In this document: in pieces, positions 40,734 to 50,422 of the stretch
Layout: the number at the start of each line of letters is the position of its first letter
Numbering within the stretch: the first letter of the stretch is position 1
Source of the DNA: Myxococcota bacterium
Lineage (GTDB): Bacteria; Myxococcota_A; UBA9160; UBA4427
Direction of reading: 5' to 3'
Length of the DNA stretch: 64,000 nucleotides
Assembly (NCBI GenBank): GCA_965250285.1
Contig: OZ252299.1
Coordinates: 1,056,001-1,120,000 of the forward strand
Program-made: the position numbers and the translations under genes
Notes under the pieces: model-generated
What the model saw: the letters and a program-made list of their open reading frames with translations, nothing else
Databases searched by the model: none
What the model was told of the DNA's origin: nothing

Positions 40734-41816
40734 TTAGGCCCCGGCCTGCGCGACGGCCTGCCCGCCCGCCTTGGGGCGGTTCGGCTCACGCGAGAGCAGC
40801 AGCAGGGGCTGGTTGAACTCGCGCTGCTTGCTGCGGATCGTGTGCGCCCGCTTCCGAACCCACTGCACGTTCCGCCGATGACCGAGCGCGCGCGCGATCT
40901 CGGGCCCGGTGGGCGGATGCGCGCGGCGTTCGACCAGGTCGAGGTAGGCCGTGAGGAACTCGCGCTCGTGGCTCGTCCACTCGGGCTCGGTCTGGATCCC
41001 GCGCAGCCACTTCGACATCTGGCCCTTGAGCACCAGCGGGAGCTGACGCGCCTCGATCTGCTTCCACCGGATGTTGTGCACGAGCACGTGCACGCCGGTG
41101 CGATCGACGTCGCCGAGCACGGCCGCGATCTCTTCGGCCGAAGGGAACGCTCCGCCGTTCTGCTCGACCAGCGTGAGGTAGGCCTCGGCGACCCGAACCT
41201 CCTTCGGCGTGAGCAGGCGCGTCTCGGCCGCCTCTCGCAGCGCCTCGGTCACGAGGTTCGCCAGCGGGACCGGCTGCGGATTCTGCCGGAAGTGGCGGAT
41301 GTGTCCCGCCTCATGGTCGGTGCCGCGCAGGCCGAGCCCCTCGCGAACGCACTCGATGATCTCGTCTGCACCGTGCTGGGTCGCGGCATTGTTGCGATTG
41401 AGATCGATGACGACCGCGAGACCCGAGAAGAGGTAGTCGTCGATGCGATACGCGATGGCCCCCGCCGCTGAGCTCGGCGGTTCGACGAACGCGACGAAGA
41501 GATCGCCGACTCGCACGCCGTCCTCGGGCTTCGCTTCGAGATCGACGGGCCCCTGGGCTGCATCGTCGGTCACCCGAGGCGCGACGCGGCGCGCGCCGAG
41601 CCCGGCGCGCAGCTTCAGCGCACCGGCGCGGACGACCGGGTCGTGGCTCGTCTCGAGCGTGTGCGTGAGCGAGAGGTCGAGGTCTTCGACCGCCTGGAGC
41701 ACCTGGTCGACCACGTCTTCGTGGGGGTCGATCACGGCCGCACGGCGCGTGTCGCTGCAGGCGACGACGTAGGCGTGGCGGCCATCGGTACCGACGTTGA
41801 ACTGGCGAAAGATCAT
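40734..41816 (-). CDS. Degenerate MBL-fold (persulfide dioxygenase-like) domain fused to two LexA-like HTH repeats; putative regulator
   Basis: Starts MIFRQ..YVVAC..AAVIDP..LET like ETHE1/PDO, but the metal ligands are missing. Two C-terminal repeats read P(S/T)..EIA..LG. RBS AGGAGG. Confidence 0.7.
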   Translation of the reverse strand: MIFRQFNVGTDGRHAYVVACSDTRRAAVIDPHEDVVDQVLQAVEDLDLSLTHTLETSHDPVVRAGALKLRAGLGARRVAPRVTDDAAQGPVDLEAKPEDGVRVGDLFVAFVEPPSSAAGAIAYRIDDYLFSGLAVVIDLNRNNAATQHGADEIIECVREGLGLRGTDHEAGHIRHFRQNPQPVPLANLVTEALREAAETRLLTPKEVRVAEAYLTLVEQNGGAFPSAEEIAAVLGDVDRTGVHVLVHNIRWKQIEARQLPLVLKGQMSKWLRGIQTEPEWTSHEREFLTAYLDLVERRAHPPTGPEIARALGHRRNVQWVRKRAHTIRSKQREFNQPLLLLSREPNRPKAGGQAVAQAGA

Positions 41817-41993
41817 TGGGACTTCCTCCTGAAAGGCGGCGCGGCCCTGCCGCGTCGTCCCCGCTCCAGCGGGCTCCTTGCCCGCCCTGGCCGTGGGGCA
41901 CCCGCCGAATTTGCAGCGAACGTGCCAAGCCCGCAGATCGGCGATTTCTCAGGAATTTCAAGCATTTGCGGGAATGCACGAAATGGTCCGCAC

Positions 41994-42009
41994 TGGCTGA
42001 TTTCAGCCA
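41994..42009. promoter_or_regulatory. Operator-like palindrome in a divergent promoter region
   Basis: TGGCTGA-TT-TCAGCCA within an AT-enriched intergenic stretch. Confidence 0.4.
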
Positions 42010-42189
42010 TCTGCGTGAATTCGCGGTGCATCCCAACCAGTGGGGCGCGGCCTCAAGCCGGCTTCTCTGCAGGCCGATTTCGATGATCGGGATCGTGCGA
42101 CGCCCGGCCGCCGCGCCGTCGATGAACGGTGCGGTGCGGGCGCCTGCGGGCGCGCGGCGTGAGCCGCTCCGCGTCCAGGGAGGTGCACC

Positions 42190-43056
42190 GTGCAGAACGG
42201 ATTCAAGGGGATCGTGCTCGCGGCCTGCGTGGGTCTCATGGCCTTCGGCTGCGCGAGCGTCGACGGTCAGGGAGCGAGCGGCGATGCCGAGCTCGTCGAG
42301 ACGCCGCAGACCGTGAGCGCCGCGTGCAAGGTCAAGGTCGACGATTACCGCGGAACGGCGATCGTGAGCTGCGCCGATCGCGGCGGCGAACTCGATCTGC
42401 TCGAGGGCGACTCATACTTCAAGGCGCATCTTCGCGGCATGGCGAACCGAGGCGGCGCCGAGAGCTTCCAACTCTACGTTGCGACGCGACTCGATGCCGG
42501 CTGGGAGAACTTTCGCGCCGCGCGCGACCAGCACGAGATCCCGTTGACGGTCAGCAAGATCGACCGCAAGAAGAGCTGCCAGAGTGAAGAAGACTGCACC
42601 TACTACGAGCACTTCGGCGTGTCGTTCTCGCGCCCCTACCTCGAGGCCCGCAAGGTGCGGGGGATCTCGCTGCGCGTGCGCAGTCATGCAGGTGAGTCGG
42701 TGATCGAGCTGCCGGCAGCGTACGTCGAGGGCTTCATGAACCGCTTCGATGCGGCGCGCGGTGGTGCGCCCGCGTCGGCCCAGGCGGCGGCGACCGCCAA
42801 CCGCAAGTCGTTCTGCAAGGGCAAGTACGGGCGGGATCCCGAGGCGCACGCATTCTGCGAGAAGCAGGCGCGCGCCTCCTACGATCGACTCGAGCCCGCC
42901 CTTCGCCGCATGCGAAACGACTCGTTCACCCCCGAGGCCAAGGCGCTCGATGGCTGCATGAAGCGACACGGCAGCCGACTCGGCCTCGATTGGATGATGG
43001 TCGAGCACTGCTTCGGTCGAGCGACGGGCCGTTCGCCGGCGTCGCACGGGCAGTAG
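42190..43056 (+). CDS. Hypothetical lipoprotein, two Cys-containing domains
   Basis: RBS GGGAGG; lipobox LMAFGC. Confidence 0.75.
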   Translation: MQNGFKGIVLAACVGLMAFGCASVDGQGASGDAELVETPQTVSAACKVKVDDYRGTAIVSCADRGGELDLLEGDSYFKAHLRGMANRGGAESFQLYVATRLDAGWENFRAARDQHEIPLTVSKIDRKKSCQSEEDCTYYEHFGVSFSRPYLEARKVRGISLRVRSHAGESVIELPAAYVEGFMNRFDAARGGAPASAQAAATANRKSFCKGKYGRDPEAHAFCEKQARASYDRLEPALRRMRNDSFTPEAKALDGCMKRHGSRLGLDWMMVEHCFGRATGRSPASHGQ

Positions 43057-43060
43057 ATCG

Positions 43061-43768
43061 ATGAACGAGGGATCGCTCCACTCGACGTCATGGGCTGGCC
43101 GGGTCGCGCTCGCTGCGCTGGCCACCGCGATCGCGTTCGCGGTCGGTTGTCAGACGGGACCGCCCCCCACGCCCATCGACCGCGCGCACACCGCATTCGA
43201 CGCCGGCGACCTCGAAGCGGCGTTCGCCCTCTACGAAGAAGCTGCGCGGACACAGCCCCAGCGCCGGGCGGAGGCCCTGCACGGGGCCGCCCGCGTGCGG
43301 ACCCTGCGCCGCGATCCCGAGCGCGCGCTCGCGCTCTACCGGGCCGTGGCGAAGGCCGACGGTGACTACTTCACCGCCGCCGCGCGCGGTGACTACGCGC
43401 AGACGCTGCTGCTCGCAGGTCAGATGCGTCTCGAGGCCGACGAGCTCGCGGCATCGATCGACGCGCTCGAGGCCCTGCATCGGATCGATCCCGACTACCC
43501 GGGCCTCTCGAAGGCACTCGCCCAGGCGTGGACCGCGCACGGTGAGCAGCTGTCGATGCACGGACGGCGGACCGAGGCGATGGCGCGATTCGAGGGCGCC
43601 ATGGCGCTGCGTCCCCAGGCGGCCGAAGCGTGGATCGGGGCCGCCGAGATCCTCATCGCGACGGGCCGAAAGAAGGAGGCGCTCGCGCTGCTCTCGAACG
43701 CCAGTCGGTACAACCCCAGCGATGGCCGGGTGCGCGCCCTGACCGTTCAAGCGATGGGTGTCTACTGA
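43061..43768 (+). CDS. TPR lipoprotein
   Basis: Lipobox FAVGC; several TPR-like helical pairs. Confidence 0.75.
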   Translation: MNEGSLHSTSWAGRVALAALATAIAFAVGCQTGPPPTPIDRAHTAFDAGDLEAAFALYEEAARTQPQRRAEALHGAARVRTLRRDPERALALYRAVAKADGDYFTAAARGDYAQTLLLAGQMRLEADELAASIDALEALHRIDPDYPGLSKALAQAWTAHGEQLSMHGRRTEAMARFEGAMALRPQAAEAWIGAAEILIATGRKKEALALLSNASRYNPSDGRVRALTVQAMGVY

Positions 43769-43814
43769 CCGAGTGCATCCACGGCGCCGCCGTGGTGTCG
43801 ATTCAGCTGCTGCG

Positions 43815-45065
43815 ATGATCAACGTGTCCGACCCCTCCGATCGCCCTCCGAACGATGCGTCCAAAGCCGCCCCGCGCGGTTTGTCGGGCCAGGTGCATCC
43901 CGACTTCGCGCCGGTCGCCAACCTGCTGCGACGACAGCTGGCTCGAAAGCGAGGCGCCGGCGCCGCGATCTGCGTGATCCATCGCGGCGAGTGCGTCGTC
44001 GACATCTGGGGTGGTGCGCGCGACGTGGCTGGCCGCCCGTGGGAGCGCGACACGCTCGCGCTCTCGTTCTCGACGACGAAGGGGGTGGTCGCCACGCTGC
44101 TTCATGTACTCGTCGACCGAGGGGCGCTCGACTACGACGACCGGGTCGCGACGCACTGGCCCGAGTTCGCGGCCGGCGGCAAGGAGGCGATCACCGTTCG
44201 TCAGCTGCTGGCGCATCAGGCGGGGCTCTACGACGTGCGCGGCCTCGTCGCTCACGCGAGTGAGTTGCTCGACTGGGAGCACATGGTGACGACCCTCGAG
44301 GCCGCGTCGCCTGCGCACGCGCCGGGTGCGCACCACGGCTACCACGGCCTCACCTGGGGCTGGCTTGTCGGCGAGCTGATCCGCCGCGTCTCGGGCAGCG
44401 GCGTCTCGGAGGGGGTGCAGGCCGAGATCGCGCGGCCGCTGCGCCTCGACGGGCTCTACGTCGGTCGATTGCCTGCCGACGCGCGACTGCGCCGCGCCGA
44501 TCTGCTCGATCACCGAATGGGGACGCAGCCCCTCGAGGCCGCGCGCCGCCAGGCGAGACGACTCGGACGGGGGCTGCGCGCGGTAGGCGCGCCGTTCGAC
44601 GTGTCGTGTCTCGAGGGGGCGTTGCTGCCGCCCGGGATCGAAGAGCTCGACTGGAACTCGGACGCGATCGCCGATGCCTGTATCCCCGCGGCGAACGGCT
44701 ACTTCGACGCGCGGTCGCTGGCGCGCATGTACGCGGTGCTGGCGGCCGGCGGGGAACGCGACGGCGTGAAGCTCGTGCGGCCCGAGACCCAGGAGCGGTT
44801 CGCGCAGGTGCAGATGCGCGGCCTCGGTCGCGTGGTGCCCTTCCCGATGAACTGGCGGCTCGGCTACCACCGCATTCCCGTGCCGGGGCGCGTCGGGCCG
44901 CGGCCCTTCGGCCATTTCGGCTTCGGGGGCTCGGGCGCCTGGGCGGATCCGCAACGCGATCTGGCCGTCGCCTGCGTGCTGAACTCGGGCGTGGGCACGC
45001 CCTTCGCCGACACGCGCATCGTGCGGCTCGGCGTGACGGCATCGCGCATCGCCGACCGGCGGTAG
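43815..45065 (+). CDS. Serine hydrolase, beta-lactamase/EstB family
   Basis: FSTTK (SxxK), LLAHQAGL, PG..HGYH, FGHFGFGGS. Confidence 0.9.
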   Translation: MINVSDPSDRPPNDASKAAPRGLSGQVHPDFAPVANLLRRQLARKRGAGAAICVIHRGECVVDIWGGARDVAGRPWERDTLALSFSTTKGVVATLLHVLVDRGALDYDDRVATHWPEFAAGGKEAITVRQLLAHQAGLYDVRGLVAHASELLDWEHMVTTLEAASPAHAPGAHHGYHGLTWGWLVGELIRRVSGSGVSEGVQAEIARPLRLDGLYVGRLPADARLRRADLLDHRMGTQPLEAARRQARRLGRGLRAVGAPFDVSCLEGALLPPGIEELDWNSDAIADACIPAANGYFDARSLARMYAVLAAGGERDGVKLVRPETQERFAQVQMRGLGRVVPFPMNWRLGYHRIPVPGRVGPRPFGHFGFGGSGAWADPQRDLAVACVLNSGVGTPFADTRIVRLGVTASRIADRR

Positions 45066-45095
45066 GCCCGGCGGCACGCCCGAGGCGAGGTCGGG

Positions 45096-45932
45096 TTACT
45101 GGCTCTTGACCTCGACGCGCACCGGGATCCAGCGGTTCAGCACCTGGTCGAGCTGGCCGCTCTCGCGCCACGTGTCGAGCAGCCCGTTCAGCTGGTCGAC
45201 CAGCTCGGGGTCGCTCTTCGACACGGCCCACGCGAGCGATTCATTGGTGAGCGGCGTGTAGAGCCCCATCAGCTCGCGCTCGTCGATCCCGGCGCCGATC
45301 CGCCAGACGGTCGGGGCGTCGTGGACGAACGCGTCGATGCGCCGCGCGCGCAGGTTGCGCACGCCCTCTTCGACGGTCGAGAACGCGTACGACTCGGCGT
45401 TGCCGAGGTGTTCGGCGACGTAGGCCTCGCCGGTCGTGCCGTCGACATAGCCGATGCGGACGCCCGGCTTGCGCAGGGCGTTCGGCGCCGAGAGTTGCTG
45501 GAGGTCTTCGATGCGGATCAGCGCGAGCTGTCCGACCTGCAGATACGGTTGCGTGAAGAGCACCTGGCTGGCTCGCTCGGGTGTGATCGAGATGCCCGAC
45601 ATCGCGACGTCGACGATCCCCGTCCGCACCGCCGGGATGAGCTCTTGTCGCGTCATCGGCACGTACTCGATGCCCCGGCCGAGAGCGACCGACACGCCCG
45701 TCGCGAGCTCGGCCTCGACCCCCATCATCTCTCCGTCTTGCTCGAAGATGATCGGCGGGTAGTAGGGCGCCACGCCGATGCGCAGGGCCGGCTGGCCCTT
45801 CGAGTTCGATCGGCCTGCGCAGCCACTCAGGACTGCGACGGCGGTGAGCGCAACGAGGACGAGGGCGCCGATGTGGACGATCGGCCTCGTACGACATTCG
45901 GTGGCGGCGGGGCGCGGACTCGAGGGGCGCAT
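45096..45932 (-). CDS. ABC transporter substrate-binding lipoprotein (family 3)
   Basis: Lipobox LSGC; YYPP, SGISITPERASQVLFTQPY, GTTG. Confidence 0.85.
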   Translation of the reverse strand: MRPSSPRPAATECRTRPIVHIGALVLVALTAVAVLSGCAGRSNSKGQPALRIGVAPYYPPIIFEQDGEMMGVEAELATGVSVALGRGIEYVPMTRQELIPAVRTGIVDVAMSGISITPERASQVLFTQPYLQVGQLALIRIEDLQQLSAPNALRKPGVRIGYVDGTTGEAYVAEHLGNAESYAFSTVEEGVRNLRARRIDAFVHDAPTVWRIGAGIDERELMGLYTPLTNESLAWAVSKSDPELVDQLNGLLDTWRESGQLDQVLNRWIPVRVEVKSQ

Positions 45933-46109
45933 GACGTCTCCTGCGGCAGAGCGGGGGCGCTCCTAGTCTCCCGCATCCCGAGCGATTGGAAAGGGGGCGG
46001 GCCGCCGCAGCGGGTCTCTTCGGGTGCTTTCGCCCCGGCCAGCGGGTACGCTCGGAAGCCCGCCGCGCCGCGACGGAGCGGTCGCGCGAGGGGAGGGGGG
46101 CGAGCCCAG

Positions 46110-46877
46110 ATGATCAAGCTGTGCTGTTTCGTGAAGCGCAAGCCCGGCATGGACCGAGACGCATTTCACAGCCACTGGCTCGAGTCCCATGGCCCGCTGA
46201 TCCGCGACACGCCCGAGCTCGCCGATCCGCTCCTTCGCTACGAGCAGAACCATCGACTCGATGCCGACTACGAGCGCGATCCCGATGGCTTCGATGGCGT
46301 GACGATGCAGTGGTTCGCCTCGTTCGAAGACTTCACCGCCTTCGTGGCCTCGGACGCCTATCGCGACGTGCTGTCGCACGATGAAGCGAGCTTTCTCGAT
46401 CGCGCAAATCTTGCGCTGATCTTCGCCGGGCCGGCGAATCGAGTCATCGTCGACCCGGCCGCGCGCGCGGCCGCCGGCACGAAGCTGCTCTGTCTGCTGA
46501 CACGCCAGCCGAAGCTCTCGGCCGAGGCGTTCCACGCGCACTGGCGCTCGCCCCACGGCGAGCTGTTTCGCGACACCGAGACGCTCGCCCGGCACATCGC
46601 GGCCTACGAGCAGCACCCGCGGAGCGCACACGACTACGGGCGCGCAGGGGGCGGCGACGGGCTCGCGGAGCAGTGGTATCGCGATCTCGACGCGTTCGCG
46701 GCGTTCGTGCGCGAGCCGGCCCAGGCGGAACTGATCCGGCCCGACGAGGATCGATTCATCGACCGGGCGGCGATCCGGTACGTCCTGACGGGCCCGGCCG
46801 ACGTCATCATCGACGACCACGACCACGACCGCGACGCGCTCGAAGCCGGCGCGGTCGAATCGGAGTCCCAGGCATGA
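46110..46877 (+). CDS. Tandem EthD-domain protein
   Basis: Two repeats, RKPGM..AFHSHWLESHG and RQPKLS..AFHAHWRSPHG, each ending DE..F(L/I)DR. Confidence 0.85.
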   Translation: MIKLCCFVKRKPGMDRDAFHSHWLESHGPLIRDTPELADPLLRYEQNHRLDADYERDPDGFDGVTMQWFASFEDFTAFVASDAYRDVLSHDEASFLDRANLALIFAGPANRVIVDPAARAAAGTKLLCLLTRQPKLSAEAFHAHWRSPHGELFRDTETLARHIAAYEQHPRSAHDYGRAGGGDGLAEQWYRDLDAFAAFVREPAQAELIRPDEDRFIDRAAIRYVLTGPADVIIDDHDHDRDALEAGAVESESQA

Positions 46878-46929
46878 GCGAAGAGAAGCCCAAGTCGGAG
46901 TCCCAGGCATGAGCGAAGAGAAGCCCAAG
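46860..46929. repeat. Exact 35-bp tandem duplication across the EthD stop / pepN start
   Basis: TCGGAGTCCCAGGCATGAGCGAAGAGAAGCCCAAG twice. Confidence 0.9.
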
Positions 46930-49575
46930 GCAGTCCACCGACTCGACTACACGCCGCCCGACTACACGATCGACACGGTCGACCTCGACTTCGATCTCGG
47001 CGAGCACGAGACGATCGTACGCGCCTCGCTCGGCGTCCGGCGCAACCCCGACCTGCGCGGCGACGCGCCGCCGCTCGTCCTCGACGGCGAGCATCTCGAA
47101 CTGCGCCGCATCGCGATCGACGGGGCCGAGCTGCCGACTTCGCAGTGGCACGAGGCGGACGACAAGCTCAGCGTGGATCGATGCCCCGAGCGCTTCACGC
47201 TCGAGACCGAGGTGCGCATCCTGCCGCACGAGAACACCGCGCTGTCGGGGCTGTACAAGAGCGGCTCGATGTACTGCACGCAGTGCGAGGCCATGGGCTT
47301 TCGCCGCATCACGTACTTCCTCGACCGACCGGACGTGATGGCGCGGTACAGCACCACGATCACGGCCGATGCCGAGCGGTATCCGATCCTCCTCTCGAAC
47401 GGCAATCGCGTCGACGTCGAGACGGGCCTCGACGGGGGGCGGCACCGCGTCCGTTGGGAAGACCCGTTCAAGAAGCCCTCGTACCTCTTCGCGCTGGTGG
47501 CCGGCGACCTGCGCTGCCACGAGGGCGTCTTCACGACCCGATCGGGCCGAGACGTCAAGCTCGAGATCTGGGTCGAGCCCGAGAACATCGAGAAGTGCGA
47601 GCACGCGCTCGGTTCACTGCAGCGTGCGATGAAGTGGGACGAGGACGTGTTCGGGCTCGAGTACGACCTCGACATCTACATGATCGTCGCGGTCAACGAC
47701 TTCAACATGGGTGCGATGGAGAACAAGGGGCTGAACGTCTTCAATTCGAAGTACGTGCTCGCGAAGCCCGACACGGCGACCGACACCGACTACGAGGGGA
47801 TCGAAGGCGTCATCGGCCACGAGTACTTCCACAACTGGACCGGCAATCGCGTGACCTGCCGCGACTGGTTTCAGCTCACGTTGAAGGAGGGGCTCACGGT
47901 CTTTCGCGATCAGCAGTTCAGCGGCGACATGGGGAGCGCCGCGGTCAAGCGCATCGACGAGGTGAATCTGCTGCGCGCCGCGCAGTTCCCCGAGGACGCG
48001 GGGCCGATGTCGCACCCGATCCGGCCCGAGTCGTACATCTCGATGGACAACTTCTACACGGCGACCGTCTACAACAAGGGCGCCGAAGTGATCCGCATGT
48101 ACCACACGCTGCTCGGCGCCGACGGTTTTCGCCGCGGCATGGATCTCTACTTCGAGCGCCATGACGGCGACGCCGTGACCTGCGACGACTTTCGGGCCGC
48201 CATGGCCGATGCGAACGACCGCGACCTCGAGCTGTTCGGGCGCTGGTACAGCCAGCCCGGTACGCCCGAGCTGCACGCGACCGAGTCGTTCGATGGGGCG
48301 ACCGGGACCTACGCGCTCACCCTGCGCCAGGCCTACCCCGAGGCGGCGCATCCCGTCGAGGGGGCGACCGATCGCAGGCCGCTCCACATGCCGGTGGCCA
48401 CTGGCCTGCTCGGCGCCGACGGGGCCGATCTGGCGTTGCGGCTAGAGGGCGAGGCGCGACCCTCGGCGCCGGGAACGCGTGTGCTCGAGCTGACCGAGGC
48501 CGAGCAGACCTTCGTCTTCGAGGGGCTCGGGGTGTCGGAGAAGCCCGTCGCTTCGCTGCTGCGCGACTTCTCGGCGCCGGTGCGGCTGCGCATGGATCGG
48601 CCGCGCGCCGAGCTGGCGTTCCTCTTCGGGCACGACGTTGACCCCTTCAACCGCTGGGAGGCGGGGCAGACGCTGGCGACCGAGCTGCTGCTCGAGGCAG
48701 CGCCGGTGATCGACGGGCATCCCGACTACACGTTCGACCCGGTCTTCGTCGATGCGATCGGCAAGGTCCTTGCCGACGAGACGCTCGATGGCTCGCTCAA
48801 GGCGCTGGCGCTCACGCTGCCGGCCGAGCGCATCGTCGGCCAGGAGATGGACGTCATCGATCCGACCGGTGTGCATCTCGCCCGGGAGGCGCTGCGCCGG
48901 TCCGTCGGGTCTGCGCACGCCGACGCCCTGCGCGCGGCCTACGAGGCGCGCAGCGGCGCGGTCTACTCGAACGACCGCGCGGCGATCGACGACCGCCGTC
49001 TCAAGAACGCCGCGCTCGCGTATCTCGCGGTGACGGGCGCAGAGGGGCTCGCGCTCGCCGAGGCGCAGTACGATGCGGCCGACAACATGACCGACTCGGC
49101 GGCGGCGCTCTCGTTGCTGGTCGACTTCGAAGGCGAGGCGCGCGACCGGGCACTGGCCCACTTCTACGAGCGCTGGCAGCACGACCCCCTGGTGGTGGAC
49201 AAGTGGTTCACCGTGCAGGCCATGTCGCGGGCGGCCGACACGATCGAACGCGTCCAGACGCTGCAGTCGCACCCGGCCTTCGGCCTCGACAACCCCAACC
49301 GCGTCCGATCGCTCGTCGCCTCCTTCTGCGCGGGCAACGCGGTGCACTTCCACCGCCTCGACGGGGCGGGCTACGACCTGCTCGCCGAGACGGTGCTCGA
49401 GCTCGACGGTCGGAACCCACAGCTCGCAGCGCGACTCGTGTCGGTGTTCAATCAGTGGCAGCGCTACGACACGGAGCGCCAGGCGCTGATGGGCGCGCGG
49501 CTACGGCGCATCGCCGACAAACCCGGGCTTTCGAAGGATGTCTTCGAGATCGTCGGCCGGGCGCTCGGCGACTGA
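46909..49575 (+). CDS. pepN: Aminopeptidase N
   Basis: GAMENKGLN, HEYFHNWTGNRVTCRDWFQL.LKEG, NPNRVRSL. Confidence 0.97.
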   Translation: MSEEKPKAVHRLDYTPPDYTIDTVDLDFDLGEHETIVRASLGVRRNPDLRGDAPPLVLDGEHLELRRIAIDGAELPTSQWHEADDKLSVDRCPERFTLETEVRILPHENTALSGLYKSGSMYCTQCEAMGFRRITYFLDRPDVMARYSTTITADAERYPILLSNGNRVDVETGLDGGRHRVRWEDPFKKPSYLFALVAGDLRCHEGVFTTRSGRDVKLEIWVEPENIEKCEHALGSLQRAMKWDEDVFGLEYDLDIYMIVAVNDFNMGAMENKGLNVFNSKYVLAKPDTATDTDYEGIEGVIGHEYFHNWTGNRVTCRDWFQLTLKEGLTVFRDQQFSGDMGSAAVKRIDEVNLLRAAQFPEDAGPMSHPIRPESYISMDNFYTATVYNKGAEVIRMYHTLLGADGFRRGMDLYFERHDGDAVTCDDFRAAMADANDRDLELFGRWYSQPGTPELHATESFDGATGTYALTLRQAYPEAAHPVEGATDRRPLHMPVATGLLGADGADLALRLEGEARPSAPGTRVLELTEAEQTFVFEGLGVSEKPVASLLRDFSAPVRLRMDRPRAELAFLFGHDVDPFNRWEAGQTLATELLLEAAPVIDGHPDYTFDPVFVDAIGKVLADETLDGSLKALALTLPAERIVGQEMDVIDPTGVHLAREALRRSVGSAHADALRAAYEARSGAVYSNDRAAIDDRRLKNAALAYLAVTGAEGLALAEAQYDAADNMTDSAAALSLLVDFEGEARDRALAHFYERWQHDPLVVDKWFTVQAMSRAADTIERVQTLQSHPAFGLDNPNRVRSLVASFCAGNAVHFHRLDGAGYDLLAETVLELDGRNPQLAARLVSVFNQWQRYDTERQALMGARLRRIADKPGLSKDVFEIVGRALGD

Positions 49576-49642
49576 AACCCGCGGTGGACCCCGCGAATCG
49601 AACACACACGGGCCCGTGCCGGGCCGAGGAGAATCATCCGAG

Positions 49643-50149
49643 ATGGCGAGCTTCTACGAATTCGAGATGAACGATATCGACGGGAAGGCGCGCTCCCTCG
49701 CCGACTTCGACGGCAAGGCGGTGCTCGTGGTGAACGTCGCGTCCAAGTGCGGTCTGACGCCGCAGTACGACGGGTTGCAGCGTCTCTACGAGCAGTACCG
49801 TGACCGTGGGCTCGAGATCGTCGGCTTCCCGTGCAATCAGTTTGCGGGGCAGGAGCCTGGGACCGATGCGGAGGTCAAGGAGTTCTGCACCGTGAACTTC
49901 AACGTCGGCTTCCCGATGTTCTCGAAGGTCGAGGTGAACGGCGACGGTCGGGCACCGCTCTATGCGTGGCTCTGCGCGTCCGAGGTCGGCCCCGAAGAGG
50001 CGGGCGACGTGAAGTGGAACTTCGGCAAGTTCCTGATCGGCCGGGATGGTCAGATCGCAGGGCGCTTCGACCCGTCGGTGGAGCCGAACTCGGACGAGCT
50101 GACGGCCGCCATCGAGGCCGCGCTCGAGCGCCCCGCCGTCCTCAACTGA
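49643..50149 (+). CDS. gpx: Glutathione peroxidase family protein (Cys type)
   Basis: VNVASKCGLT, GFPCNQF..QEPG, KWNFGKFL. Confidence 0.93.
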   Translation: MASFYEFEMNDIDGKARSLADFDGKAVLVVNVASKCGLTPQYDGLQRLYEQYRDRGLEIVGFPCNQFAGQEPGTDAEVKEFCTVNFNVGFPMFSKVEVNGDGRAPLYAWLCASEVGPEEAGDVKWNFGKFLIGRDGQIAGRFDPSVEPNSDELTAAIEAALERPAVLN

Positions 50150-50422
50150 AGGACGCGCCTCGTCTGGAGCGACGGACGCCCCGCCTCCAGGGCGATGGGC
50201 GCCCGGCGCCCGGCGCTCGAGACGACGGATGGGGCGCTCGCGTCGCCCGCAGCCGCACGTCGGCACGACCCAAAGCACGCCGGGCTTCGACGGGTGGCGC
50301 GGCTCGCGCTACCTATACGCCCGCCGCGGCCCCGGGCCCACGGCCGGCGAGCCATTGCGCATCCCGGCTGGACGAACCCCGCCGCCATCCACTCCTCCCG
50401 AGCGCCTCCCGGAGCCATCGTC

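Noticed and set aside
49643..50149. Glutathione peroxidase as a second selenoprotein
   Set aside because: The active-site codon is TGC (Cys), there is no in-frame TGA, and I saw no obvious hairpin after it.
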